DNA of 64,000 nt from Acidimicrobiia bacterium. Lineage in GTDB: Bacteria; Actinomycetota; Acidimicrobiia; Spongiisociales; ZC4RG35. Position 1 is the stretch's first letter. Each line of letters begins with the position of its first letter. A model generated the notes under the pieces. That model was not told the origin of the DNA. It made no database searches and saw only the letters and a program-made list of their open reading frames with translations. Location: assembly GCA_965203555.1 (NCBI GenBank), contig CBDBCY010000004.1, positions 224,001 through 288,000 on the forward strand. The letters are read 5' to 3'. Shown here piece by piece: positions 39,533 through 49,093 of the stretch. A program made the position numbers and the translations under genes.

Positions 39533-40588
39533 TCAGGAGGAGAAACACGCGTCTGTGAACAGACTGTTCACGTCCACGTCAACTGTCAGCCCTCCGTAGG
39601 CTTGGAGAACGTCGATCACCGTTTGCCACCGCTCCGCCGTCATGAAACCCATACCATGCTCGACCGATTCCGGAGTACGGATGTGAGTTAGCGTGGTGTC
39701 GAGGATCAAGCGTTCCGTGGGGGCATCAAGGTTGTCCGGGTCCGAAGCGACGACTATGTCAGTGGTCTCGTCCGGGTTCTCGTGGGCGTATTCCCAGCCT
39801 CGAGCGATTGCCCGAACCATTCCACAGACAACCTCTGGATTGTCTTCGAAATAGCTCCTGGTTGTAAAGAGAGCGTTGGCCGAGGTCTCGACGCCATAAT
39901 CAAACGGGACCCACACGTTTGTCTCGGCACCCTGCAGGCTGGCTCTGATCGGTTCGTTCGTTGCAAAGACCGTGACGATGTCGATGTCCCCTTCGAGCAG
40001 GGGAGTCAGGTCGAACCCGACCGTCACCTTGTCAATGGAGCCGAGATCGATGCCGTTCTTGACCAACATTGCCTGGCTCAGCATCCACGGGCCGCCTTCC
40101 TGAAAGCCGATGGTTGCCCCGGCGAAGTCCTCAAGCGTATCGATTCCAGAGTCAGCCAGGGCCATCACCGCGCCGGGGTGTTTCTGCAAAAACGCCGCTG
40201 CGGTAATCAACGGGATGTCTTCTGATGCCGCGTAGACCAAAGAGTTCATGTCGTGAAGGCCGAAAGTGTCAGTGCCGGCAGCCACCAGTGTGATGCTGTT
40301 GGTGTCGAACCCTCCGGGATTGATGGTTACGTCGAGTCCTTCATCCGCGAAGAATCCCTTTTCCAGTGCTACGAGTTCTCCCGCGAACTGGGTTCCAAGA
40401 AACCACGGGAGCCGGAGGGACACGGCAACAGGCTCGGGAGCTGCGGTTGTCTGGGGGGCTGCGGTTGTTTCGGGGGCCGCGGCCGCTGTCGTGGTTGTGC
40501 CGTCATCGTCTGCGCATGCGTTAGCGAGGATGGCTATCGCGATGAGCAGGGCTACCCGATACCCCGTGGTACGGTTGATGTTTGTCAT
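39533..40588 (-). CDS. NMT1/THI5-like ABC substrate-binding lipoprotein
   Basis: Lipobox LANAC, Thr/Ala linker, LPW...QFAG..VALEKGFFADEGLDVTINPGG. Confidence 0.88.
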   Translation of the reverse strand: MTNINRTTGYRVALLIAIAILANACADDDGTTTTAAAAPETTAAPQTTAAPEPVAVSLRLPWFLGTQFAGELVALEKGFFADEGLDVTINPGGFDTNSITLVAAGTDTFGLHDMNSLVYAASEDIPLITAAAFLQKHPGAVMALADSGIDTLEDFAGATIGFQEGGPWMLSQAMLVKNGIDLGSIDKVTVGFDLTPLLEGDIDIVTVFATNEPIRASLQGAETNVWVPFDYGVETSANALFTTRSYFEDNPEVVCGMVRAIARGWEYAHENPDETTDIVVASDPDNLDAPTERLILDTTLTHIRTPESVEHGMGFMTAERWQTVIDVLQAYGGLTVDVDVNSLFTDACFSS

Positions 40589-40606
40589 GTTCTCTCTCCT
40601 TACGTG

Positions 40607-41779
40607 TTAGAGGGCTCTTTGGCTTAGGCCGGCGGATTCGGGGCAGTTACAGGATTCGCGCAGTATCAGGCGGGTCTCAAATGTGACCGGGGGCTGGACG
40701 GCTCCCGTGACGATGGCTCGGCTAAGGGTGCGGACAGCCTCGTAGCCGAGGTCATCGGCCGGAAGGCGGGTTGTGGACAGCGCAGGTGCGGCGAGGGCCG
40801 CAAACGGAATCTCCCCGTAACCCATGACAGCGATATCGTCGGGCACCCGTCCTCCGAGTTCGGTTATAGCGGTGATTGCGCCAAGCGCAAGGACGTCGCC
40901 GGCGCAGAAAATTGCGGTCGGGGGCCTGTCGGCTTCCAGCATCTGAGCTGCGGCTTTGGCGCCTGCTTCCAGGCTCCAATCTGAGGCTGCCACCACCAAC
41001 CGGTCTTCTAGGGGTACCCCGGCAGTTGTCAGAACCGGAGCCGATCCTTCGACAAACCTCGACGTTCCCCAGCCAGCCGCCGGATCGATGAATCCGATAC
41101 GACGATGACCATGGTCGATCAGATGGCTGATGGCCTTGGAGCCGGCCGCAGCCTCATCGACCACGATCCGCGAGCCGCTGTCGGCGCTGTGGCTGTCCAC
41201 GAACACGAAAGGCCGTAGCGCAGACGCCGACCTGAAGATCTCGGCAGTCTCGCGGTCGGGCCGGTCGAAGTGAATCACGATGATTCCGTCCACATTCCGG
41301 CTGAACAGTTGGTCGACATCTCGGGAGACCACTCTCGGGTCGTAATGCCGGGTCTGGCATATGACAGGTAGCCATCCCTCTATCTCGGACCCCTTGGAGA
41401 TGGCGTCGAGAAACTCCGCGTAATAATCAGTGAAGGAGGGAACCAGGACACCGATGGTGAAACTCGACTGCCGATTCTCTCTTCGGGACCAGGCTTGATC
41501 CCGGTCGTAACCCAGGACGAGGGTGCGTGACCCTCGGCGCATGAAGACCAGCCCATCGTCGGCGAGTTGCCGGTAGGCCGCTCGCACCGTATGAACGTTC
41601 ACGCTTAGATGCTGCGCCAAATCGGCGATCGTTGGCAGAAAGCTGTCGGGCTTTGCCACGCCGGTGGCGATGAGCCGTGTGAGTTGACCGGCTATCTGAG
41701 CGGCGAGAGATACCCGGCTACGTCGATCGATGTTTATTCGATCGACCAGGGTAGATACCGAATGCGATGTGTCTGTCAT
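40607..41779 (-). CDS. Regulator with GntR-type HTH and LacI-type ligand-binding domain
   Basis: LPTIADLAQHLSVNVHTVRAAYRQLADDG...RRGSRT, then GHRRIGFI, PTAIFC and VPDDIAVMG. Confidence 0.9.
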   Translation of the reverse strand: MTDTSHSVSTLVDRINIDRRSRVSLAAQIAGQLTRLIATGVAKPDSFLPTIADLAQHLSVNVHTVRAAYRQLADDGLVFMRRGSRTLVLGYDRDQAWSRRENRQSSFTIGVLVPSFTDYYAEFLDAISKGSEIEGWLPVICQTRHYDPRVVSRDVDQLFSRNVDGIIVIHFDRPDRETAEIFRSASALRPFVFVDSHSADSGSRIVVDEAAAGSKAISHLIDHGHRRIGFIDPAAGWGTSRFVEGSAPVLTTAGVPLEDRLVVAASDWSLEAGAKAAAQMLEADRPPTAIFCAGDVLALGAITAITELGGRVPDDIAVMGYGEIPFAALAAPALSTTRLPADDLGYEAVRTLSRAIVTGAVQPPVTFETRLILRESCNCPESAGLSQRAL

Positions 41780-41792
41780 AAGAGGGAGTATA

Positions 41793-41815
41793 ATAGATAT
41801 CTATATATCTAGATA
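41793..41815. promoter_or_regulatory. AT-rich double palindrome, candidate operator
   Basis: atagatatctat (12 bp) and tatctagata (10 bp) are perfect palindromes just upstream of the regulator start. Confidence 0.5.
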
Positions 41816-41899
41816 AATCGAGCGCCAGAACGAGTGGAGCGGTTGATGCGTTTGGCAGGCACAGCAGGTGTCGGCCGCCAGAGTGCCCACCTATCGCAG

Positions 41900-42050
41900 G
41901 TGGAGAATTACCGTCGGGATTGCGGTTGACCTGGTTGAGCGCAAGTTTCGAACCGCCACAGCGGACCAACTGTGGGCTGCGGATGTAGCCCAACACCTGA
42001 CCGGTGGGGGAACGGTGTCATTTGGCGGTAGTGATTGACGTTTGCAAAGC
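41900..42050 (+). mobile_element. IS3-family integrase core, N-terminal remnant
   Basis: DLVERKFRTATADQLWAADV, then after a frame change HLAVVIDVC. Confidence 0.75.
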
Positions 42051-42077
42051 GGGAAGTTATCGGCTGAATGATCGGGG

Positions 42078-42490
42078 CTTAGGCCTACGCAGTCAGGATG
42101 TCCGCCAACCGGTCGGCGCCGATGCTCCCGCCGCTCAGAACGCAGGCGACCGGATCATCCAGCTCTTCGGCGAGAGCGGCCGCCAGGGAAATGGCGCCGG
42201 ACCCCTCGACCACCAGCTTGTTCCCCAATGCCAGATGAGCGATGGCGGTGCGGAAATCGGCTTCCGAGACCAGGACGACCCTGTCGACCACCGAACCCCT
42301 CGCAGCTTGAACGATCCGACCGGCTGGAGGCACTCCGCCTTGAGCCAGACGGGTGGGTCGGGATCTGAAGACCCGTACATCAAAGCGGCGTGCGTATCGC
42401 CACTCCGCTTATCCGTTCGGCTGCCTGCACCTTTCGGACCGAGGGTGGGGGAATGGGAGGGTCCCCGGATCCGGTTCTCATCTGGTTCAT
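42078..42490 (-). pseudogene. Internally deleted copy of the dehydratase at 31545-32528
   Basis: WLKAECLQPVGSFKLRG is joined directly to SVVDRVVLVSEADFRTAIAHLALGNKLVVEGSG...ADRLADIL. Confidence 0.88.
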
Positions 42491-42537
42491 GCGGTGAGCT
42501 CCTCCCCACCCACCACCCGAATAAATCAGTAGCCTCC

Positions 42538-42702
42538 TAGAAGTCTTCCACAATCACCAAAGATGCCACACCGCTCTCGGTATTGCGCACCACCGAATAC
42601 GAAAACGCCTGTTAGAACGATGGAGCGTCACACCACTGATCCAAGAGGGCTGACTCCACGAAAACGGGGGACCATCACTTCCGGGATACACGGGGCGGTT
42701 CA
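42538..42702 (+). mobile_element. IS3-family 3' end plus a second IS3-type terminus
   Basis: EVFHNHQRCHTALG...TEYENAC*, then tccacgaaaacgggggaccatca (ends 42677) and cggggcggttca (ends 42702), the latter matching the TGAACCGCCCCG IS3-type end. Confidence 0.72.
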
Positions 42703-42950
42703 ATGGCTCACCCGGGGAAATCCTCGTAATCGGGGCCGAGCTTGAGGTGGGTCAGACCAAGTTCCTCATAGCAATGGGTGCTACCATACAGGTATCCCAC
42801 AAGGGTCTTTGCGAAGGGAGCCCTGATCCTCGGCACTCCGGACACCGTGTCGATGGGTTCTGATGGCTCTCGTGTCTAGGTCCAACTCGCCCGGCGAAGA
42901 TGCGACCATTTCACGAGAGTCCTACGCCTCTACATCGAGGAGAGACGCCG

Positions 42951-43781
42951 GTGCCATACAGTTTTGAACCAGGCCAGATGTACAGGATGCCGACCCACTT
43001 CGGCCCGAGCTTAGGTCCCCGCCAAGGGGTGGATGGAAACCGGTACACCAACACAGGCAGTCCCAAAAAGACGATGTATTCGGTCAGTTTTCTTACAGCG
43101 GCTGAAGCGTTGGACAGGTTACTTCCGCCCGGATTCGAACTCGCTGGGGAGCCGGTCGTCACCGTAACGGCGAGCTATATCACTGACATCGAATGGCTGG
43201 CGGGGCGCGGATACAACACGCTTGGGGTCACTTGTCCAGTGGTCTTTCGCGGTGAACGGACTATTACTTCGGGCTCTTTTCTCATGGTTCTGTGGGAGAA
43301 CCTAACTGACCCGATTATCACCGGCCGCGAGGAACTGGGATACCCGAAGATATACGGGGAACTTCCTGAACCGCGTCATTTGAACGGTACGGTAAGTTGT
43401 AGCGCGGGTTGGCTTGGACACCAGTTCATGTCGATGACGGTTCGTGAGCAAACCAAGTTGGACGACGACGAGATGGCCGACCTAGCCATGAACCAACCGG
43501 GTGTTCTTCTCTATAAATACATGCCTCGGACCCACGACTGGGGGGAACATGATGTCGAGTACGTCACGTTTACGCCTCCTCCCGACCTGAGTCCCTATCT
43601 CAAAGGAGCCTGGATCGGGGAAGGGTCTGTATCTTTTCACGAGTCGACGTGGGAGGACCTGCCGACGTTATTCAATATCGTCAACGCGCTGGCGTCCTTG
43701 CCGATTCTTGAGACGCGACCCTCGAGAACGCTGATGACGGTTGGAGGCATCGATTACAGTTCTCAACAGATCTTGGAATAG
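42951..43781 (+). CDS. Acetoacetate decarboxylase-like family protein
   Basis: YRMPTHFGP, LLPPGFE, WLAGRGYN and GREELGYPK (Schiff-base Lys position); GAGGAG RBS. Confidence 0.85.
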   Translation: MPYSFEPGQMYRMPTHFGPSLGPRQGVDGNRYTNTGSPKKTMYSVSFLTAAEALDRLLPPGFELAGEPVVTVTASYITDIEWLAGRGYNTLGVTCPVVFRGERTITSGSFLMVLWENLTDPIITGREELGYPKIYGELPEPRHLNGTVSCSAGWLGHQFMSMTVREQTKLDDDEMADLAMNQPGVLLYKYMPRTHDWGEHDVEYVTFTPPPDLSPYLKGAWIGEGSVSFHESTWEDLPTLFNIVNALASLPILETRPSRTLMTVGGIDYSSQQILE

Positions 43782-43880
43782 CTGCTACCAGTTGCGGAAC
43801 TGACATGCCCTTAAACCCCGAGGCTCTCAGGGCTTGACGGTTCACTCCCCACTGGAATGCACTCATACCTGTCAGGGCCA

Positions 43881-44750
43881 CTAGAGCGCTCTGAGCTTGG
43901 GATCAAGGAGGTCTCGAATGCGGTCTCCGATAAGGTTGAAGGAAAGCACCACCAGGCCTATCGCAGCTCCGGGGAATACGGAAATCCACCAGGCCGACCG
44001 GATCAGGTCACGCCCTTCGGCCACCATGCCGCCCCACGTTGGCGTCGGTGGAGGAACACCGGCGCCGAGGAAACTCAAGGTGGCTTCAACCGTGATGGCC
44101 CAACCGATCTGCAGGGTGGAAAGGACGATCACGCTGTTGAGCACGTTCGGCAGCAGGTGTGAAGCCATTATCCGCAGGGGTGATCCTCCCGCTACTCGAG
44201 CGAGCGCAATGAAGTCGCGCTCCTTCAAGCTGAGAACTTCCCCTCGTACCAGACGGGCATAGCGCGCCCAAAGGATAAGCGCCATTACTGATACGACAAC
44301 CGTAACACTTGGGCCGACTGTGACAGCGAAAACGAGGGCGATCAAGATTGCGGGAAAGGCAAGCCAACCATCGACCAGCCGCATGATCACCGTATCGACC
44401 CAACCTCCGAAGTAGCCGGCGAAAGAACCGAGGGTCGTCCCGATAGACCCCGCGAGTAGGACAGTGCCTGCGGCAACGGCCATAGACACTTGAGCACCCT
44501 TAATGATCCGACTGAGAATATCGCGGCCCAGGGTGTCGGTCCCCAGGGGAAACTCCCAGCTACCTCCTTCGGAGAAGACCCATCCCTGGCGGGCGTGGGC
44601 CAAGTGCAATTCGTCGGGTCCGTGGGGAGCGATGAAGTCCGCCGATAAGGCGGCCGTTACGGCCAACAGGACAATCAGAAGAGGAAACAGGGGAAAGCTG
44701 CGCCAGACTGTGGCCAATCCGGTCCGTACTTTGCCGAAGAACTCAGACAC
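43881..44750 (-). CDS. Dpp/Opp-type ABC permease C
   Basis: PLGTDTLGRDILSRI, ARLVRGEVLS, EATLSFLG and PTWGGMV. Confidence 0.92.
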   Translation of the reverse strand: MSEFFGKVRTGLATVWRSFPLFPLLIVLLAVTAALSADFIAPHGPDELHLAHARQGWVFSEGGSWEFPLGTDTLGRDILSRIIKGAQVSMAVAAGTVLLAGSIGTTLGSFAGYFGGWVDTVIMRLVDGWLAFPAILIALVFAVTVGPSVTVVVSVMALILWARYARLVRGEVLSLKERDFIALARVAGGSPLRIMASHLLPNVLNSVIVLSTLQIGWAITVEATLSFLGAGVPPPTPTWGGMVAEGRDLIRSAWWISVFPGAAIGLVVLSFNLIGDRIRDLLDPKLRAL

Positions 44751-45663
44751 TGCGACGAATCCGCGGATCAATGACCGCATATGACAGGTCTACGAGAAGA
44801 TTGGCAAAGACAATGAGCGCCGCCCACAAAATGACTACTGCCTGCAGCACCGGGAAGTCCCTCCACACCACTGCTTCAAAGGCGAGCCGACCCAGACCCG
44901 GCCACGCAAAGACGACTTCTGTCGTGACCGCAGCAGCTACGAGAACACCGTACATGAGCACCACAAACGTCACGACCGGAATCAAGGCATTTCGGAAGGC
45001 GTGTCCCCATACAACCCTCATCTCGCTCGCACCCTTGATACGGGCAAGCTTGGCGTACTCGCTGTCCAACACTTCAAGCATGGCCGACCGCATCAGTCGC
45101 GTGATCCCGGCTCCGGTAAACAGGCCCATCGTTGCTGCGGGAAGCAACAGATGCTGCCAGGTGCCCGAACCCTGCGCCGGCAACACCTGCCATCTGACTG
45201 AGAACAGAATGATCGCTAGGACACCGGTGAAAAAGGGCGGAAGTGATTGACCCAGAACGGCCAGGCCCATTGCGGCACGATCTATGACCGTACCGCGCTT
45301 CACTGCTGCAAGGACACCGAGAGGAAGGCTGAATGCGACCATGAAGAGAAGTGAGGTGCTGACCAGCAGGACCGAGTTGACAAGGCGGTCCACAACCAGT
45401 TCAAGAACAGGCAGCTTGGTCCGTATCGACTTGCCAAAATCGCCCTGGACCACATTGCCCAAGAAGGTGAGATACTGAGTTACGAGTGGCTCATCCAACC
45501 CCAACTCATCGATCAGTTGCATCCGCTGTTCGGGCGTCGCTTCCACTGGTAGCAGTACGTCCACCGGATTACCGGTCGATTGGCTCAACGCGAACACCAC
45601 CACGCTGACACCGAGGAGGGTGACCAACGCTTGTAGCGCACGACTTACTATGACTCTTGTCAT
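44743..45663 (-). CDS. Dpp/Opp-type ABC permease B
   Basis: GLDEPLVTQY, GDFGKS, RSAMLEVL..EY...ARIKG and FAWPGLG. Confidence 0.92.
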   Translation of the reverse strand: MTRVIVSRALQALVTLLGVSVVVFALSQSTGNPVDVLLPVEATPEQRMQLIDELGLDEPLVTQYLTFLGNVVQGDFGKSIRTKLPVLELVVDRLVNSVLLVSTSLLFMVAFSLPLGVLAAVKRGTVIDRAAMGLAVLGQSLPPFFTGVLAIILFSVRWQVLPAQGSGTWQHLLLPAATMGLFTGAGITRLMRSAMLEVLDSEYAKLARIKGASEMRVVWGHAFRNALIPVVTFVVLMYGVLVAAAVTTEVVFAWPGLGRLAFEAVVWRDFPVLQAVVILWAALIVFANLLVDLSYAVIDPRIRRSV

Positions 45664-45701
45664 TACCGGAGTCTGTCAGGACTCGACAGCGGGAACCGGA
45701 G

Positions 45702-47093
45702 TCATGCTTTCACACCTCGAGCCAGATATCTGCCGCCCGGGTTGTCCAACACCTCACCTTCCGATACTGCCAAGTACCCACGCCTCACCACGTACTTTGG
45801 GAATCCTCTGGATGTGAGCCCTGTGTAAAGCGAGTAGTCCGCGCGACCGTGCAGAGTGTGTGGCCCTATCTCACGGGGTTCTCCCTCAATCGGGACGATC
45901 GCAAAATCAGCGTCGGCTCCAACCCGTATGGCGCCTTTTCGAGGGTAGAGACCATAGGCCTTCGCGGCGTTGGTTGCGGTCAGCTCTGCCAACCTACATA
46001 TGTCGAATCGACCCGTCTCAAAACCGAGGGCGTACGCCAGCGGTAGTAGGGCCTCCGACGACGTGATTCCCCCATATGAGGCGTCGAATATGGCTGGTTT
46101 AGCTTGCTTCATAGCCTTCGTGCGAGCTGAATGATCGCTTGAGAGCAAGTCAACTTGCCCGGCGTCGACGGCGTTCCAGACTGCCGCCACATCCTCACTT
46201 CTGCGAAGCGGGGGGCCTATCTTTGCGAGGGAACCGTGCTCCAGGAGGGCGTCCTCGGTCAATAGGAGGTAGTGCGGCTGCGTCTCGCTCCATACCCGCA
46301 CCGAAGTCGCACCGCCCTTCAGCCATGAGAGCACTCGAACAGTCTCGGCTGCGGACAGGTGAACAAACAGCACATCGCAGCCGGTGAGTTCGGCCAGCGC
46401 GGCTGCACGGAACATGCCTTCGGCTTCGAGTATTCCCGGCGAGCATCGCAGATAGCCCGCCAGGTCATTGGGGTCGCGGCTGTATTCCTTGTCGTGGTAG
46501 TACTTGGTTGCTCTCCCGTTCTCGGGGTGTATCAGGAGCAGACAGTTGTGGGAGGCTACTGCCACCATCAATTCGACCAGTTCGTCATCTTCCAACATGG
46601 TGCCACGAACGTAGTACCCGAGAAAGGCCTTGTACGTGGTCACGCCCAACCCGACGCCTTCGTCAACCACCTCGGTCAGCGGATCTCCCGGAAGGCATAG
46701 AGCGTTGATAGCGAAGTCGACCGCAGAATGCTCGCTCCCGAACTGGATTTGGTATTTAATGGTGTCGATCAATCCCATTTCGGATGCACGGCTGACATAG
46801 GCTCCGACCGTCGTGACGCCGCCCATGAGAGCCGCAGCGGTCGCCTCCTTCAGGTCCTCGGCGAGGGGATCCATCGTGTGGGAACCACCCACCGATGTGT
46901 GAACATGCGGGTCAACCACGCCGGGCAGCACCCATGCTCCGCGAGCATCCACCACCGGACCGCCGGAAAAGCCGGTTCCGATCGACTCGATGGACCCATC
47001 GACGACGAGGATGTCTGCGTCGACAACGCCAACTTCTGTCACAACGCGGCCACCTTTGATGATCATGGCGGCGTCATCCGAATCCCCGGACAC
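45702..47093 (-). CDS. Cyclic amidohydrolase (dihydropyrimidinase/hydantoinase/allantoinase-like)
   Basis: PGVVDPHVH, GGVTT, YKAF (carbamylated Lys position), HPEN, VHLS, ETQPHYL, PPLR, SDH and GADAD. Confidence 0.88.
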   Translation of the reverse strand: MSGDSDDAAMIIKGGRVVTEVGVVDADILVVDGSIESIGTGFSGGPVVDARGAWVLPGVVDPHVHTSVGGSHTMDPLAEDLKEATAAALMGGVTTVGAYVSRASEMGLIDTIKYQIQFGSEHSAVDFAINALCLPGDPLTEVVDEGVGLGVTTYKAFLGYYVRGTMLEDDELVELMVAVASHNCLLLIHPENGRATKYYHDKEYSRDPNDLAGYLRCSPGILEAEGMFRAAALAELTGCDVLFVHLSAAETVRVLSWLKGGATSVRVWSETQPHYLLLTEDALLEHGSLAKIGPPLRRSEDVAAVWNAVDAGQVDLLSSDHSARTKAMKQAKPAIFDASYGGITSSEALLPLAYALGFETGRFDICRLAELTATNAAKAYGLYPRKGAIRVGADADFAIVPIEGEPREIGPHTLHGRADYSLYTGLTSRGFPKYVVRRGYLAVSEGEVLDNPGGRYLARGVKA

Positions 47094-47111
47094 ATCGGGC
47101 GTTGGGGGTGG

Positions 47112-48689
47112 TCATGCGTTCCGCAAGGCTCGGCCCGGGAGAGCGCCGGTGTGCTCCCCATCGTCTATCACGAGGACACCATTGACCATGACGTGCGAAA
47201 TTCCCAGAGGGAACTGGCGCGGACTCTCCACGGTTGCCGGCGAGTGAATCTCGAGGGGATCGAATACGACCAGATCGGCTGCGAAGCCGTTGCGCAGAAT
47301 CCCTCGATCTTGGAGCCCAAGTCGCTGTGCTGGCAGGGAAGTGATTTTGCGAATCGCATCCGCCATCGACAACAGCCCTTCCTCACGCACGAGATCACCG
47401 AGTACCTTGGGAAACGTGCCGTAGGAACGCGGGCTGGGGTAGTCGCCCAGGAGAAGGGCATCGCTTCCGACCATGCATCTGGAGTGGGCCAGGACTTTCC
47501 TGTTGTTCGTGGCGTTGTTGGCATACAGACCCACCTCTGAGATGCCGAGATTCTCGTCGAGTAAGAGATCGCATAGGGCATCAAGCGGATCTTTGGCCAG
47601 TTCGTCCGCGATCTGGCCGATGGTCATCCCGTCGAGCTTCTTGTTCTGAGGCTTACGAAACCCGCCCAGGGTGATTCCGTCGCCCGCTCGCCAGCGAGCT
47701 GCCCGCGGATCGGTTTCCTGACGCATGCGACTGCGAGCCTTCGGATCGCGGAGCCTGGCGAGAAGGGCTTGCGGCCCACCCTCATGCGTCCATTCGGGGA
47801 TCATCACCAGGGCACGGCTGCCGGTGTGTACGTACGGGTAGGCATCGAATGTCACATCAACGCCGTCGGCAGTTGCATCCTCCACCAGCCTGAGCAGGGG
47901 ACGGAACTGGCCGTTGCGCTTCCAAGTGCTGGCGAAGTGCGAGACATGGACCGGCACTCCCGTTCTTCTCCCGACATCGAGTGCCTCAAGGTTGGGATCG
48001 ATGAAGCCATCGCCGGATCCGTAACGAATGTGAGTGACGTACACACCTCCCATGTCGCGGACAACCTCGCAGAGTGTTGCGATCTCATCCGACGTCGCAT
48101 AGCTGCCTGGTGGGTAGGTGAGCCCGGTGGACATGCCGAATGCGCCGTCACGCATCCCAGAACGCAGCAATTCCAGCATCTTCTTTACCTCAGAGTCCGA
48201 GGGAGGCCGGTCATTCCAGCCAACGGACGAGATTCGAAGAGGAGCATTCCCTATGACATACGCAATGTTGACGGCAACTCGTCGATCGTACTGAGAGAGG
48301 TACTCATCGACTGTAAGCCATTGCGGGTTCTCGGGCAAGTGACCATCCAGGCCCCCATTGAGCAACCCCCAGTTACGAAGGTCCTCCGCAGAAAGGAAGG
48401 GAGCGTAGGAATTGCCGTCCACACCGATCAACTCGGTGGTGACACCCTGGCGCACCTTTGGTTCGTGCTCCGGATGCTCGAGGATGACCATCGTCGAGTG
48501 GGCGTGCATATCGACGAAACCCGGGCACACTATCTTGCCTGTAGCATCGATCACGCGCTTTGCCTTCAGACTTGAGGTGTCACCCGAGATGAGTTGCACC
48601 TTGGCCTTCTCAATGGCAACGGAGGCGCCGAACCAATCTGAACCCGTACCGTCGTAGACCCTACCGTTTCTGATGAGAGTTTCGACCAT
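47112..48689 (-). CDS. N-acyl-D-amino-acid deacylase family amidohydrolase
   Basis: PGFVDMHAHS, QGVTT, GAFGMSTGLTYPPG, THIR, FDAYPY, GSD and PRSYGTFP. Confidence 0.9.
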   Translation of the reverse strand: MVETLIRNGRVYDGTGSDWFGASVAIEKAKVQLISGDTSSLKAKRVIDATGKIVCPGFVDMHAHSTMVILEHPEHEPKVRQGVTTELIGVDGNSYAPFLSAEDLRNWGLLNGGLDGHLPENPQWLTVDEYLSQYDRRVAVNIAYVIGNAPLRISSVGWNDRPPSDSEVKKMLELLRSGMRDGAFGMSTGLTYPPGSYATSDEIATLCEVVRDMGGVYVTHIRYGSGDGFIDPNLEALDVGRRTGVPVHVSHFASTWKRNGQFRPLLRLVEDATADGVDVTFDAYPYVHTGSRALVMIPEWTHEGGPQALLARLRDPKARSRMRQETDPRAARWRAGDGITLGGFRKPQNKKLDGMTIGQIADELAKDPLDALCDLLLDENLGISEVGLYANNATNNRKVLAHSRCMVGSDALLLGDYPSPRSYGTFPKVLGDLVREEGLLSMADAIRKITSLPAQRLGLQDRGILRNGFAADLVVFDPLEIHSPATVESPRQFPLGISHVMVNGVLVIDDGEHTGALPGRALRNA

Positions 48690-49048
48690 CAGGTTCCCAC
48701 CCTCGACAGTGCTGATCCGAGGTGAATCACTACGTGTCCCAGGCCCTTGGCATACGTGGCGATTTCGCCAGAGTCCATGGGGGTCGACGGCCCTCTTCCC
48801 AGTCCGGTGCGGTTGAATACTTCCTCGTTCATCAGACCCAGGACCCGGGGATGATTTGGCGGTAGCGATCCATCTCTGGAATAGCTGGGCTCATCCGACC
48901 AGACCTCCTGTTCAGGATGGGAACCTGCCTCAATGTGGGTTGAGGATAGTGGTTCCATGAGCTCTCGTGTCGACTCTGAGGTATTCGTTGTGTCGGTGAA
49001 GCGACCAGGTTCATCGGGAGTGTTTGTTCGGATCAGGCCGGGGTTCAC
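48689..49048 (-). CDS. Hypothetical protein or gene remnant
   Basis: 119 aa ORF fills the gap and its stop overlaps the deacylase start (TGATG); no recognisable motif. Confidence 0.3.
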   Translation of the reverse strand: MNPGLIRTNTPDEPGRFTDTTNTSESTRELMEPLSSTHIEAGSHPEQEVWSDEPSYSRDGSLPPNHPRVLGLMNEEVFNRTGLGRGPSTPMDSGEIATYAKGLGHVVIHLGSALSRVGT

Positions 49049-49093
49049 GTCCCGGTCTTCGCTGGTACTCCGCAGGGCGATGCGGTCGCTGGG

